Below, one piece after another: positions 39,268-49,519 of a stretch of 64,000 nt of DNA (position 1 is its first letter; the number at the start of each line of letters is the position of its first letter). This DNA is from Gemmatimonadota bacterium (GTDB lineage Bacteria > Gemmatimonadota > Gemmatimonadetes > Palauibacterales > Palauibacteraceae). The stretch lies in contig JBDHAC010000017.1 of assembly GCA_039588275.1 (NCBI GenBank), forward strand, positions 32,001 through 96,000, given 5' to 3'. The translations under genes were made by a program, and so were the position numbers. Below the pieces are notes generated by a model. That model saw nothing but the letters and a program-made list of their open reading frames with translations, made no database searches and was not told where the DNA came from.

Positions 39268-41235
39268 TCACCTCGTCCGTACGAGGGTAAGCTGTGGGCG
39301 GGCCGACAGCGGCACTTCGGCCCCTGTGGGCGTGGTGAGCTGGATAGACACTGCGGGATGCGGGCCATCACTGCGCAGGATGAAGTAGCTGGCCGTGGAG
39401 GCTCCGAGGTCGAAGTCAAAGGCCCGATTGATCGAGCGCACAAGCGTTTCCGTGGTCGTCGCAAGTGGGTACTCGACGCGGAAGGGCGACAGGCTTGGGA
39501 AAGTCTCGTGCAACCCGCCAAAGATCTCTGGCAAATCGAAGCTCGGCACCTGCAGTCTCTGAGGTACCTGGCTCGGGACAGCGTCGTCTGTGACCGGCGA
39601 CACGGCGTACTCGCCGAACAGGTCTCCCCATTGGATCGGACCCGCCAGCACCTGTACCGCACGCTCCACATTCGCGGTTCCGGTCAGCAGCTCCGGTCCG
39701 CCTTCGGTAAGCTCGCGGAAGAGCGCCGCTTCCCCGCTGCCGGGGAGGACCCCGACGGGGGATTCGGGACCGAAGTGATCTGCCAGCCAGCGCAGGAACA
39801 GCCACCCGAATCCCCGCATCCTGAGAGATGGGAGCCCCCCGGGATCGTCCCCTGTCGCGTCCCCCAGCGCCAGCGTACGGGTCGGATCGGCAAAGTATTC
39901 GCCCAAGCGCCGGAAGTTCGCGAGGTGGTAGGCGTTGAAGGCCGACGTCGCTCCCATGAGTGCGCCGAACGACAGGTTGGCCCGTGTGGACAGACCCTGG
40001 AATTGGAGGCCGGCTATGGTCTCCGCGGTGTGCGCCAGACCCTCGCTCAACCAGGGCTCCTCCAGATTCGCGAACAACGTCCCGTCCCCGAACACCGTTC
40101 GTTGCTCCGCAGCGAGCAGGTGCTGGAACTCGTGCGCGGTCGTACCGCGTGCGTTGCTCATCGCGAACGCGGGGGGTACGGCATTCGAGAACGCTCCGCC
40201 CGGGTCGGCGGCGAGCAGATACAGCACCTCTCCCTGGTTGCTGGCCCTGCAGCCCGTCCGGTCAGCGAGGTCGCTGGGGTTGAAGAACCCCGCCACAAAC
40301 GTGCTGGACCCGCGAGGCGTGACCCGGTTCACGATCTTGGTGAACAGCACCCATACGCGTTCGTTGCCATCCAGATCCGCCGGCGGGCCGAAGTACGCAC
40401 GATCCACGGGGAAGACGATGTCGTCGAGCTCCTGGAGCAACGAACCGTAGGCGGCATCGCTCACGACTCCACCTCCCTCGAGGTCTTCGGCGATGGCGAA
40501 CCTCTGTCCGACGGCCCGCACCGTGGCCGCGATCGGTTCGTCGCGGTCACACTCCACGTCGAGTTCCGGGGAAACGCTGTTGCTGAACGTGACCACCTCG
40601 CCGACGGTGGGCGGCACCGAGAGGGCACGCGCCAGGGCGGGGTCCGGCGGACCGGCCGGCTCCCCTTCCCCCGCCGCGGGCCGGTGCACGCGCGCGCCGA
40701 CTCGGCGGAGCTCTCGCCGCGCGTTCTCCCGGAACTTGAGCTCGAGGCGAGAAGCCGCCTCGGCGCTCATCTGACCGACGCCGGGAGAGCGCAGTGGAGA
40801 TAATGGGGGTCCGACGGTCGCCGACGCGTCTGTGGCGTCTGGACCCAGAATCGTGAGTCGCATGGACGAAACGGCCCCCGGGACTTCGCTGGCGCTCTGT
40901 ACGGCCAGGCGGTACTCCCGCGCTTCGTTCGCGGAGGCGAGGTCGAGGGATCCCGCGTCGGAACCGCGTAGCACACACACCTCGCCCAGATCCAGGGATG
41001 CTCGACCCGGGAAGCGGGCGCCCAGTCGGATCGCGACCGTCGGATCGAGCGAGCGATTCGCGCACGATGAAGAGTCGAGTCCGGTACCATCGCCGCACCC
41101 CAATGCGAGGAAAGCCGCGAAGCCCAGGTAGCGGGCGGTACCGCGCCCTCGGCGCCCGGAACGCGCGGCCTGGGGCCGTGCGGGCCATGGCACCTGGGCC
41201 CCGGGGGCATCGATCGTGGTAACCTGTTCCGGCAT
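39268..41235 (-). CDS. Zinc metalloprotease-like lipoprotein (M30-like), paralog 2
   Basis: ALGC lipobox; YFGPPADLDGNERVWVLFT, AGFF, AHEFQHL, WLSEGLAHTAE. Start taken at ATG 41235. Confidence 0.7.
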   Translation of the reverse strand: MPEQVTTIDAPGAQVPWPARPQAARSGRRGRGTARYLGFAAFLALGCGDGTGLDSSSCANRSLDPTVAIRLGARFPGRASLDLGEVCVLRGSDAGSLDLASANEAREYRLAVQSASEVPGAVSSMRLTILGPDATDASATVGPPLSPLRSPGVGQMSAEAASRLELKFRENARRELRRVGARVHRPAAGEGEPAGPPDPALARALSVPPTVGEVVTFSNSVSPELDVECDRDEPIAATVRAVGQRFAIAEDLEGGGVVSDAAYGSLLQELDDIVFPVDRAYFGPPADLDGNERVWVLFTKIVNRVTPRGSSTFVAGFFNPSDLADRTGCRASNQGEVLYLLAADPGGAFSNAVPPAFAMSNARGTTAHEFQHLLAAEQRTVFGDGTLFANLEEPWLSEGLAHTAETIAGLQFQGLSTRANLSFGALMGATSAFNAYHLANFRRLGEYFADPTRTLALGDATGDDPGGLPSLRMRGFGWLFLRWLADHFGPESPVGVLPGSGEAALFRELTEGGPELLTGTANVERAVQVLAGPIQWGDLFGEYAVSPVTDDAVPSQVPQRLQVPSFDLPEIFGGLHETFPSLSPFRVEYPLATTTETLVRSINRAFDFDLGASTASYFILRSDGPHPAVSIQLTTPTGAEVPLSARPQLTLVRTR

Positions 41236-41426
41236 TGGCCGCTCCCTGCCGTCAAAGAACGCCTGGACTATTCCAGGCGTGACGGTCGCAACGCTCCGAC
41301 GCGAGCGCCGGGGAATCTCGCGGACCCGAGGCAGATGTGCCAAGGCCCGGCGCATGGCCGGGCCCTGGCGTCCGGCGGCAGAAGGCTCTCACCCTGCCCG
41401 ACCGGCTTCGAGAGGGAGATGGGGAC

Positions 41427-43058
41427 CTAGTACATGCCACCCATACCGCCGCCGCCCGGCATCGGCATGTTCTTCTCCTCCTCGGGCTTGTCGACGACCA
41501 CCGCCTCGGTCGTGAGGAGCAGCCCCGCGATCGAGGCCGCGTTCTGGAGCGCCGTGCGCGTGACCTTGGTCGGGTCGATCACGCCGGCCTTGACCAGGTT
41601 TTCGTACTTATCGGTCGCGGCGTTGTAGCCGAAATTCAGATCCCCGTTCACACGGACCTTTTCGACGACGATCGATCCCTCGGCACCCGCGTTCTGCGCG
41701 ATCTGCCGGATCGGCTCCTCGAGCGCGCGCCGCACGATCTGGATCCCGATCAGCTCGTCCGGGTCCTTACTCTTGAGGTCCGCCAGCGCGGTTTGGCACC
41801 ACAGGAGGGCAACGCCGCCGCCGGGCACGATCCCTTCCTCGACCGCCGCCCGCGTCGCGTGCAGCGCGTCCTCGACGCGCGCCTTCTTCTCTTTCATCTC
41901 GGTCTCGGTGGCCGCGCCCACATTGATCACGGCGACACCGCCGGCAAGCTTCGCCAGCCGCTCCTGGAGCTTCTCGCTATCGTAGTCGGACGTCGACTTG
42001 TCGATCGCGACCTTGATCTCGCTGATCCGCCCCCTGATGGCATCCTCTTCGCCGGCGCCGTCGACGATCGTCGTGTTGTCCTTGTCGATCACGACACGCT
42101 TGGCCTGTCCCAGATCGCTCACGACCGCGTTCTCGAGCTTGAACCCCAGCTCCTCGGAGATCATTTGGCCGCCGGTCAGGATCGCGACGTCCTGGAGCAT
42201 CTGCTTGCGGCGATCGCCGAAGCCGGGCGCCTTCACCGCGCACACCTTGATGGTGCCCCGGAGCTTGTTCACGACCAGCGTCGCGAGCGCCTCGCCCTCG
42301 ACATCCTCGGAGATGATCAGGAGGGGCTTGCCCATCTGGGCCACCTTCTCCAGAGCGGGCAGGAGGTCCTTCATGGCCGAGATCTTCTTGTCGTGGATCA
42401 GGATGAGCGGCTCGTCCAGGACCGCCTCCATCTTGTCCGGATCCGTAACGAAGTACGGAGAGAGATAGCCGCGGTCGAACTGCATCCCGTCGACCGTCTC
42501 GAGCTCGGTCTCCAGACCCTTGGCCTCCTCGACCGTAATCACGCCGTCCTTCCCGACCTTCCCCATCGCGTCGGCGATCAGGTCGCCGATCTCCATGTCG
42601 TTGTTCGCGGAGATGGCCGCCACCTGGGCGATCTCCTTCTTGCCCGTGGTTTCGACCGAGATGTCCGCCAGTTGGCCGACCACCGACTCGACCGCCTGCT
42701 CGATGCCACGCTTGAGCGCCATCGGGTTCACGCCCGCCGTCACGCTCTTGAGCCCCTCCTGAAAGATCGACTGCGCGAGCACGGTCGCGGTGGTGGTGCC
42801 GTCGCCGGCGGCATCCGACGTCTTGGTGGCAACTTCCTTGACCATCTTGGCGCCGAGGTCCTCCACCGGATCCTCGAGCTCGACCTCCTTCGCGACCGTC
42901 ACGCCGTCCTTCGTGATCGTGGGGCTCCCGAACTTCTTCTCGAGCACTACGTTCCGACCCTTCGGACCGAGCGTCACCTTGACCGCCCTCGTCAGCTTGT
43001 CGACCCCCGCCTTGAGGCGCTGCCGCGCCGCGGTATCGAATTCCAGATCCTTTGCCAT
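41427..43058 (-). CDS. groL: Chaperonin GroEL
   Basis: [28 protein letters not shown]-type tail. Confidence 0.99.
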   Translation of the reverse strand: MAKDLEFDTAARQRLKAGVDKLTRAVKVTLGPKGRNVVLEKKFGSPTITKDGVTVAKEVELEDPVEDLGAKMVKEVATKTSDAAGDGTTTATVLAQSIFQEGLKSVTAGVNPMALKRGIEQAVESVVGQLADISVETTGKKEIAQVAAISANNDMEIGDLIADAMGKVGKDGVITVEEAKGLETELETVDGMQFDRGYLSPYFVTDPDKMEAVLDEPLILIHDKKISAMKDLLPALEKVAQMGKPLLIISEDVEGEALATLVVNKLRGTIKVCAVKAPGFGDRRKQMLQDVAILTGGQMISEELGFKLENAVVSDLGQAKRVVIDKDNTTIVDGAGEEDAIRGRISEIKVAIDKSTSDYDSEKLQERLAKLAGGVAVINVGAATETEMKEKKARVEDALHATRAAVEEGIVPGGGVALLWCQTALADLKSKDPDELIGIQIVRRALEEPIRQIAQNAGAEGSIVVEKVRVNGDLNFGYNAATDKYENLVKAGVIDPTKVTRTALQNAASIAGLLLTTEAVVVDKPEEEKNMPMPGGGGMGGMY

Positions 43059-43159
43059 CGTCTTCTCCCTTTGATACGCGGGATTCGCGTCTCTCTAGCT
43101 ATTCTATTCGACTCGTGTATAACGAGTTATGTGGCGTTACATTAATGTGCTCGTGAAGC

Positions 43160-43474
43160 TTATGACTCGAGGATCGCGAGAACGTCGCTCTCCTTGATGA
43201 TCAGGAGCTCCTGGCCGTCCACGGTCACCTCGGTCCCCGCGTACTTCCCATACAGGACGCGGTCTCCTTCCTTCACTTCCATCGGGATCCGCTCGCCGTC
43301 GTCGTTCAGCCTTCCGGGCCCGACCGCCACGATCTTGCCCTGCTGCGGCTTCTCCTTCGCGGTATCGGGGATATAAAGACCACCCCGCATCTCCTCGGTC
43401 TCCTCCAGAGCCTCTATGACGACCCGGTCCGCCATGGGCTGAACGTTCACCTTCTTCTTCGAAGCGGTAGCCAT
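43160..43474 (-). CDS. groS: Co-chaperonin GroES
   Basis: PMADRVV, GGLYIPDTAKEKPQQG, VGPG, KYAGTEV, ESDVLA. Confidence 0.98.
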   Translation of the reverse strand: MATASKKKVNVQPMADRVVIEALEETEEMRGGLYIPDTAKEKPQQGKIVAVGPGRLNDDGERIPMEVKEGDRVLYGKYAGTEVTVDGQELLIIKESDVLAILES

Positions 43475-43549
43475 CTCCGCGTCCCTCCTTGTGTTGTGTC
43501 AGGATCTCCCCTGCCGGCCGGCAGGCGGGATGCTCTCTCTCCCTCTCCG

Positions 43550-43576
43550 TTAGCACTCAAGAAAGGCGAGTGCTAA
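43550..43576. promoter_or_regulatory. CIRCE element (HrcA operator)
   Basis: Perfect TTAGCACTC-N9-GAGTGCTAA upstream of groS. Confidence 0.97.
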
Positions 43577-43585
43577 CAGGACAGG

Positions 43586-43614
43586 AATATGATGTCCCCG
43601 GCCGCTTTAATCAA
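43586..43614 (-). promoter_or_regulatory. Putative groESL promoter
   Basis: TTGATT, 17-bp spacer, CATATT just upstream of CIRCE. Confidence 0.55.
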
Positions 43615-43780
43615 GTGCACCGGTCGGTCTCGTAAGAGGCGGTCGGCGCGAGGCGTTATGGGGTGCCGGGGGCGCACCGTGAAACCCCGACCCTGGGAGT
43701 CGCGTATTCAAGCATGACGGCGGGTGGACCGGACCCCGATGTGGCTCCGGACGCGGCTTTCGAGTCTCAGGGAGGCTTAG

Positions 43781-43990
43781 ATGTTCAGATCGCTTCTGGT
43801 CCTACTGACGGTAGGCTTCGTGGGCATGGCGGTGAGCGGAATCGTATTCGGGCTTCTATTCCCGCTCATCATGGTCGCGCTCAAGATCCTGTTCTTCGTG
43901 CTGATCGGATACCTGATCCTGCGGCTCGTGAAGCCGGATCTGGCGGACAATCTCAAGAACTGCTGCACGGGAAAGAACTCCGGGGACTAG
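43781..43990 (+). CDS. Small two-TM membrane protein
   Basis: GGAGG RBS; two hydrophobic segments; LKILFFVLIGYLILRLVKP. Confidence 0.7.
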   Translation: MFRSLLVLLTVGFVGMAVSGIVFGLLFPLIMVALKILFFVLIGYLILRLVKPDLADNLKNCCTGKNSGD

Positions 43991-44000
43991 GGAGCGCCAG

Positions 44001-44038
44001 CCCTCAGTCGCGACCCTCAGTCGCGACCCTCAGTCGCG
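44001..44038 (+). repeat. 13-bp tandem repeat CCCTCAGTCGCGA x3
   Basis: 44001-44013, 44014-44026, 44027-44038; the last copy contains the M28 gene stop codon. Confidence 0.9.
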
Positions 44039-46189
44039 GGCGAGTAGGTCCGCCGCCGAGGCCAGTTCAGCGGCCGCCGCGTCGATTCGCTCGGTCAACT
44101 CCCCCAACCTCCCTCGAACCTCGCCGACATCCATCTCCCGGATGGCCAACCGTACCGTGGGGAGCCCCAGCGTCGCATATCCGTTCGCCGGATCCGACAC
44201 GAACAGCAGCTGTCGTGTCCACGGATCTCCGGGCAAACCCCGCGAAGTGAGAAACGCCAGGTTCGCACGGCGGAGGCGGCGGTTCACCTCTTCCACTCGC
44301 TGATCCACGCGCCCCGCTCCCAGCCACGAGTCGGCGGCGGCGTGGAGGCGACGCGCCTGGAGCTGAAACTCTCGCGCGGAAGCTTCCAGCGCGTCGAGCG
44401 ATGCCTCGAGCGATCCGTCCTCGTCGCGCGTGTCCCACGAGACCGCCCGGACTTCTTCCCGCAAGTCGACCACCATGCGCCCGAGCTGGTTGCCGGCTCC
44501 CGCGAAGTCGTAGGGGTGGATATCCGCGTTCGCGAGACGCGCGGCGGCGATCGCCGCGATGCGAGCGGACGTCGCGTGGTACCGGTACCCGGGATCGCCG
44601 AAGCGCTCCAACCAGGTCGAGGTGTCGTACGCAGAGTGATATACTCCGCCCTGACCGCCGAAGCCGAAGCTCGCCGCCGGAACCCCCGCGTGCTGATAGA
44701 AGGGCTTGTGATCGGATCCTCCACCCAGGTCGCCGACCGGCGCCGGGCGCCCGGAGTCATCTCCCGAAAGGCTGCGGGAGCGCCACTCGTCCAGCACCGA
44801 TCCAGACCCTCGCGGATCCGGCACCGCCCCGGCGGCTTCCCTGATCAGCGCTTTGAGGGGCGGTGAAGCCGCGGCGCCGAAGTTCGAGCCGCCCGCAGAC
44901 ACGTCCTGATTGATGTAGGCGACGCCACCCGCGCGCAGCGCCTCCGCGTGTCGCTCGACCCACTCCGTCGAGCCGATCAGGCCCCACTCCTCGGCATCCC
45001 ACGTCGCGAACACCACGCTTCGCCGCGGCCGGGTGCCGCGGGCTGCGAGCGCGGCGAATGCGCGGGCGGCCGCCACCACGCTCACGGTTCCGCTGACGTT
45101 GTCCACGGCCCCGGGGCCCCATGCGTCCCGGTGCCCGCCGACTACGATCCACTCGTCTGGCCATTCGCTGCCGCGCACGACGGCGATCGTGTTGAAGATG
45201 CGGTGATAGGCGTCCTCGCCTCGCTCGAGCGCGACCTGCAATCGCGCGCGCGCGGGTCCAGGACCCAGGTGGTAGAAGATCGGGAGCGCCCCCTGGAAGG
45301 CGCCCGGTGCGGCCTGTCCCTGCAACCCGCGCAACAGATGCGAGGCGGCGCCGTATCCGAGCGGCACGACCGGGATGCGGGCGACGCCCGCCATCGCCGA
45401 CTCGGGGATCCGGACCGCGCCCGGAACGGACGGTCGCCCCGGTGTCGATGGATCTCCGGTCGCGTTGAGTATGCTTCCACGCTGTACGCCCGCCGGCGGA
45501 CGCATGGGGCCTTCCGGATATACGTCGCCCCTGCGGAACCCGTCCTCGGCGGGGTCCGAATAGATGATCAGCCCGATGGCACCCCTGGCCTCCGCCTCAC
45601 GCGCCTTGATGCCCCGGTAGGACCGTCCGTAGCGGGCGAGCACGATCTTCCCGCGAACATCCACTCCGAGCGAATCCAGGATCCGGTAGTCGGCGGGGAG
45701 CCCGTAGTTCGCGAATACGACCGGCCCCTCGACGGTTCCTCCGGCGCCGTACGCGTTGAATGCGGGCACCCGCTCCGTCCGCGTGACGGGGTCACTCGTC
45801 AGCTCCGGCTCGACCTCGTACAGAGAGCGCGTGGTCGGAGCGGTCTGCTCGACGGATATCGATAGCGGCTGCGGCAGGTAGACGAGGAAGGTGTCGTACG
45901 AGGTTTCGATGCCGGCACCGCTCAGCCAGGCGAGAACCGAATCGCGCGTCGCGGCCTGCCCGGGGGTTCCCGCCACGTGGGGCACCGCGCCCAGCGCGCG
46001 CGCCCAGCGCGCAATCGAATCCTCCACGATCCCGGTCAACAGCCGGCGCTCGAATGTTTCCTGCTCGGCGATCCGGGTTCGCTCGAAACCGGGGAACTGG
46101 CCTCCACCCGGTTCCTGTGCGAAAGCGCCCGTGCACGGTGCGGCGCAAATGCCGAGCGCGACCGACAGGCTGACGTGGACCCGGGTCAG
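44030..46189 (-). CDS. M28 peptidase, glutamate carboxypeptidase II/transferrin-receptor-like
   Basis: PHVAGT, PA domain (FANYG, RGIK, YSDPAEDG, VQRGS), GGHRDAW, GAVDNVSG, WDAEEWGLIGSTEW, GSDH, YHSAYD. Start codon unclear. Confidence 0.88.
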   Translation of the reverse strand: MTRVHVSLSVALGICAAPCTGAFAQEPGGGQFPGFERTRIAEQETFERRLLTGIVEDSIARWARALGAVPHVAGTPGQAATRDSVLAWLSGAGIETSYDTFLVYLPQPLSISVEQTAPTTRSLYEVEPELTSDPVTRTERVPAFNAYGAGGTVEGPVVFANYGLPADYRILDSLGVDVRGKIVLARYGRSYRGIKAREAEARGAIGLIIYSDPAEDGFRRGDVYPEGPMRPPAGVQRGSILNATGDPSTPGRPSVPGAVRIPESAMAGVARIPVVPLGYGAASHLLRGLQGQAAPGAFQGALPIFYHLGPGPARARLQVALERGEDAYHRIFNTIAVVRGSEWPDEWIVVGGHRDAWGPGAVDNVSGTVSVVAAARAFAALAARGTRPRRSVVFATWDAEEWGLIGSTEWVERHAEALRAGGVAYINQDVSAGGSNFGAAASPPLKALIREAAGAVPDPRGSGSVLDEWRSRSLSGDDSGRPAPVGDLGGGSDHKPFYQHAGVPAASFGFGGQGGVYHSAYDTSTWLERFGDPGYRYHATSARIAAIAAARLANADIHPYDFAGAGNQLGRMVVDLREEVRAVSWDTRDEDGSLEASLDALEASAREFQLQARRLHAAADSWLGAGRVDQRVEEVNRRLRRANLAFLTSRGLPGDPWTRQLLFVSDPANGYATLGLPTVRLAIREMDVGEVRGRLGELTERIDAAAAELASAADLLARD

Positions 46190-46998
46190 GGCCCGCCTCC
46201 CAGGTATCGGTCCGCGACCGCCAGGCCTTTGATCGTCAGGAACGGCTCGACCTGGTCGACCCTCCGGCAATAGGGGGCGATGACCTCCGCTAGCCCACCC
46301 GTAGCGACGACGAGCGGATCCGATGGGGCCCACTCCGCCAAGATCCGGTCCACGATTCCGTCGATCGCGTCCACCGTGGAATAAAAGACGCCCGAGTCCA
46401 CGCAGTCGACGGTACGTCGACCTATGACGCGGGCGGGGGGGTGGATCTCGACTTGCGGCAGTTGCGTCGCCACGGTGGTGAGTCGTTCGATGCCGGCTCT
46501 CGGTCCGGGAGCGATCACTCCGCCCAGAAAGGCGCCGTCGGCCCCGATGCAGTCGAATGTCGTGGCCGTCCCGAGATCCACGACGATGGTATCACGCCCG
46601 AACAGCTCGGAGGCCGCGAGCGTGTTGGCGATCCGGTCCGCTCCTACCTCGAGCGGGGCATCCACCTCCAATCGAATCGGGAGCTCGCTGCTGCCGTTTA
46701 CGAAACGGGGCTCGAGCCCGATGGCGTGACAGGCCTGGGCCCACGCCCGGTCGAGGACGGGAACGACCGAGGCCAGGACTGCCCGCTCCGCCGACCCGGC
46801 TCGCGACGGCTCCGCCCCTCCGGCAGCGGTCGGACCCGGTTCGGCGTCCAATCCGGAGAGGAAACCCGACACCTGGAGTGCCAGCTCGTCCCCCGTCCGG
46901 CGGCGATTTGTGGCGACGCGCCAGCAGCGCACCGCCTCCAAATCGCTGAGCAGACCGATTACCGTCTCGGTGTTTCCGACGTCAACCGCCAGGATCAT
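46186..46998 (-). CDS. coaX: Type III pantothenate kinase
   Basis: MILAVDVGNT, VGADR, VVDLGTATTFD, GGVIAPG, ATGG. Confidence 0.95.
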   Translation of the reverse strand: MILAVDVGNTETVIGLLSDLEAVRCWRVATNRRRTGDELALQVSGFLSGLDAEPGPTAAGGAEPSRAGSAERAVLASVVPVLDRAWAQACHAIGLEPRFVNGSSELPIRLEVDAPLEVGADRIANTLAASELFGRDTIVVDLGTATTFDCIGADGAFLGGVIAPGPRAGIERLTTVATQLPQVEIHPPARVIGRRTVDCVDSGVFYSTVDAIDGIVDRILAEWAPSDPLVVATGGLAEVIAPYCRRVDQVEPFLTIKGLAVADRYLGGGP

Positions 46999-47825
46999 CG
47001 CTTGGCCAGGTTCCCTTCCGCGGCCACGAGCTCTACCGAGGCCGTCGTGATTCGGCGAAGCGCGCCACGGTCGGGCCGGAAGAGCAGCGCGCCGTCCGGC
47101 GCGACCCCGGCAGCGACGCCACTGAGGGCGGCCTCCTCCTCGGAAAGGGTCGCGCGCACCCTGCGGTTCTTCAGCCAGTCGTATTCGTCCAGGAGGTCGA
47201 GGGCGGCAGGATCGAGGGCGGCCGGCGGGTCGTGGAGCCAGCGCTCCAGGCCCTCTATCACGGCGTCGGCGACCTCGGGCAGCTCGGTGTCCGGTCGTCG
47301 CTCCTCGATCCAGGTGGCCTCCTTGCGAAGCCGCGGGGACATCGTTTTGGCCATGGACTTCACGTTCACACCGACCCCTACGATGAAGAAACGCGGACCC
47401 GAAGTGGCCCAGCTCGCCTCCGCCAGCAGGCCACCCAGCTTCCGGTCGCCCGCCATCAGATCGTTCGGCCACTTCAAGCCCGGTTCGAGACCCGGGAACC
47501 GCCGATCGAGCGCGGACACGACGCCCAGCCCCGCGAGCACCGAAGCGAGTGGCGGCAACACCGATGCTTCGGGACGGAAGATCATGGTCAGATACAGACC
47601 GGCGTCGGGGGGCGAGTGCCAGCGACGGTCCTGTTGCCCGCGTCCCGATGTCTGCTCGCGACACACGACGATGCTTCCGGCTTCGGCCCCCGCTTCCGCG
47701 AGGTCCTTCGCCGCCGCGTTGGTCGAGTCGATCTTTCCGTACGCCGTAACGTTCTCGCGACCCCAACGACGCTGGAGACCCTCGAGCGGCAAGCCCGCCC
47801 ACGTTCGCGCTCGCCGCCTGCTCAT
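46995..47825 (-). CDS. birA: Biotin-protein ligase without N-terminal HTH
   Basis: DSTN, QTSGRGQQDRRWHSP, LKWPNDL, KLGGLL, GVGVNV. Confidence 0.93.
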   Translation of the reverse strand: MSRRRARTWAGLPLEGLQRRWGRENVTAYGKIDSTNAAAKDLAEAGAEAGSIVVCREQTSGRGQQDRRWHSPPDAGLYLTMIFRPEASVLPPLASVLAGLGVVSALDRRFPGLEPGLKWPNDLMAGDRKLGGLLAEASWATSGPRFFIVGVGVNVKSMAKTMSPRLRKEATWIEERRPDTELPEVADAVIEGLERWLHDPPAALDPAALDLLDEYDWLKNRRVRATLSEEEAALSGVAAGVAPDGALLFRPDRGALRRITTASVELVAAEGNLAKR

Positions 47826-48715
47826 TCGAGCACCAGCAGCGAAACGTCGAACCACGGGGCCGAATGCGTAATCGCCCCTACGGAGACCAGATCGACGCCC
47901 GTCTCGGCGATGTCGCGCACATTGGCGAGCGTGACGCCTCCCGATGCCTCCAGGAGAGGCCATGGCGGAGGCGCCGCACGCACGAGCTCGACGGCGGCGC
48001 GCAACTGCGGGACCGTCATGTTGTCCAGCAATATCCGGTCGGCTCCTCCGGCCAACGCTTCGTCCAGCTCTGATTCGTTCGTGACCTCCACTTCGACCTC
48101 GATGCCCTCCCGGCCGGCTTCCCGGCGGGCGGCCCGGAGCGCCGCCCCGATCCCACCGCTGGCGGTGGCGTGATTCTCCTTGATCAACACCATGTCGTAA
48201 AGGCCGAGCCGGTGATTCAGGGCTCCACCGGAGGCGGCCGCGGCCTTCTCCAGCCCCCGCCACCCCGGCGTCGTCTTTCGCGTATCCGTCACCTTGCAGC
48301 CCGTCCCCTCCACGGTGGCCGCGTACGCGGCGGCGAGCGTCGCGATCCCGGACAGGTGACCCAGGAAGTTGAGTGCCGCCCGCTCACCCTCGAGGATGGC
48401 GGCCAGCGAGCCTTCGATCCGGGCGAGCTCGTCACCCGGCCCCACCCGCTCTCCATCGGCCACGCGCCACTCCACCGTAAGGCTCGGATCCAGCCGACGG
48501 AACACACGGGATGCCGGGTCGGCCCCCGCCAGAACACCGGCCGCCTTCGCCACGATGTGCGCCTCGCCCGTCGCACCGGCCGGTACGGTCCACAGGGTCG
48601 TCCGATCCCCGTCGCCGAGATCTTCGGCGAGGGCCCGGTCGACCAGCTCATCGATGGTCGGCAGCGCGGGATTCGGCGCGGCCGCGGGTCCCGGCGAGCC
48701 TGCCGTGCTTCGCAC
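47822..48715 (-). CDS. nadC: Nicotinate-nucleotide diphosphorylase (QPRTase)
   Basis: ERAALNFL, DTRKTTPG, NHRLGLYD, IKENH, ILLDNM, EASGG. Confidence 0.96.
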   Translation of the reverse strand: MRSTAGSPGPAAAPNPALPTIDELVDRALAEDLGDGDRTTLWTVPAGATGEAHIVAKAAGVLAGADPASRVFRRLDPSLTVEWRVADGERVGPGDELARIEGSLAAILEGERAALNFLGHLSGIATLAAAYAATVEGTGCKVTDTRKTTPGWRGLEKAAAASGGALNHRLGLYDMVLIKENHATASGGIGAALRAARREAGREGIEVEVEVTNESELDEALAGGADRILLDNMTVPQLRAAVELVRAAPPPWPLLEASGGVTLANVRDIAETGVDLVSVGAITHSAPWFDVSLLVLE

Positions 48716-48721
48716 CGTGAC

Positions 48722-49519
48722 CTACCGAAGCCCGGGCACGAGCAGCGCGGCCCCCAGGTACGCGAGCCCCACGCCCCAGCAATAGTACGAGAACCGATGG
48801 AACGTCCCTCTGCTCAGCATCGAGAGGAAGATACGGATGGCGAGGATGCCCGACAGGCAGGCGGTCACGAATCCGACCACGAGCGGTACCGTTCCGATCG
48901 CGCTCAGCCCCGAGTCTGCACCTCCGAGTCGAAGAAGACCGGCCCCCAGGATGGCGGGTAGCGAGAGCAGGAAAGAGAACTCCGCCATCCGATCGACCTT
49001 GACCCCGAGCCATGCCCCCGTCGCAACGGTCGATCCGGAACGCGAAATGCCGGGGAGGATCGCGAGCGCCTGAGCGACGCCGATCGCGAGCGCCGCGCGG
49101 ACTCCCGGACGGGTGTCGCGAGCGCGGGCGCTGGACCGGCGAATCGTCCAGATCCAGAGTCCGGTGACGAGCAACAGGGCGGCGGCGACGGTCGGGCGTT
49201 CATACGCGCCCTCGAAGGCACCCGCCGCGAGGGTACCCGCGAGCGCCGCGGGCACCGAGGCGACAGCCAGAAGACCCGCGTACACCAGGCTCTCCCGATC
49301 ACCTCGGATCACACCTCTGATCAGGCGGGACACGGCCGCCCGGTATACCCACAGGATCGCGCACACCGTCGCGATGTGGAGCACGATCTCGAAGGCCACG
49401 CCGGGGAGCTCCAGCCCGAGCAATGCCTGCCCGAGGACAAGGTGACCGCTGCTCGACACGGGAAGGAACTCGGTGAGGCCCTGCACGAGGCCGAGCAGCA
49501 CCGCCTCGAAGACCGTCAC
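48722..49519 (-). CDS. uppP: Undecaprenyl-diphosphate phosphatase
   Basis: QGLTEFLPVSSSGHL, PGISRSGST, FSFLLSLP. Confidence 0.95.
   Translation of the reverse strand: MTVFEAVLLGLVQGLTEFLPVSSSGHLVLGQALLGLELPGVAFEIVLHIATVCAILWVYRAAVSRLIRGVIRGDRESLVYAGLLAVASVPAALAGTLAAGAFEGAYERPTVAAALLLVTGLWIWTIRRSSARARDTRPGVRAALAIGVAQALAILPGISRSGSTVATGAWLGVKVDRMAEFSFLLSLPAILGAGLLRLGGADSGLSAIGTVPLVVGFVTACLSGILAIRIFLSMLSRGTFHRFSYYCWGVGLAYLGAALLVPGLR

Noticed and set aside
46186..48263. Apparent long fusions of coaX and birA in the ORF track
   Set aside because: The extensions overlap neighbouring genes in other frames; ATGA-type coupled starts exist at 46998 and 47825.
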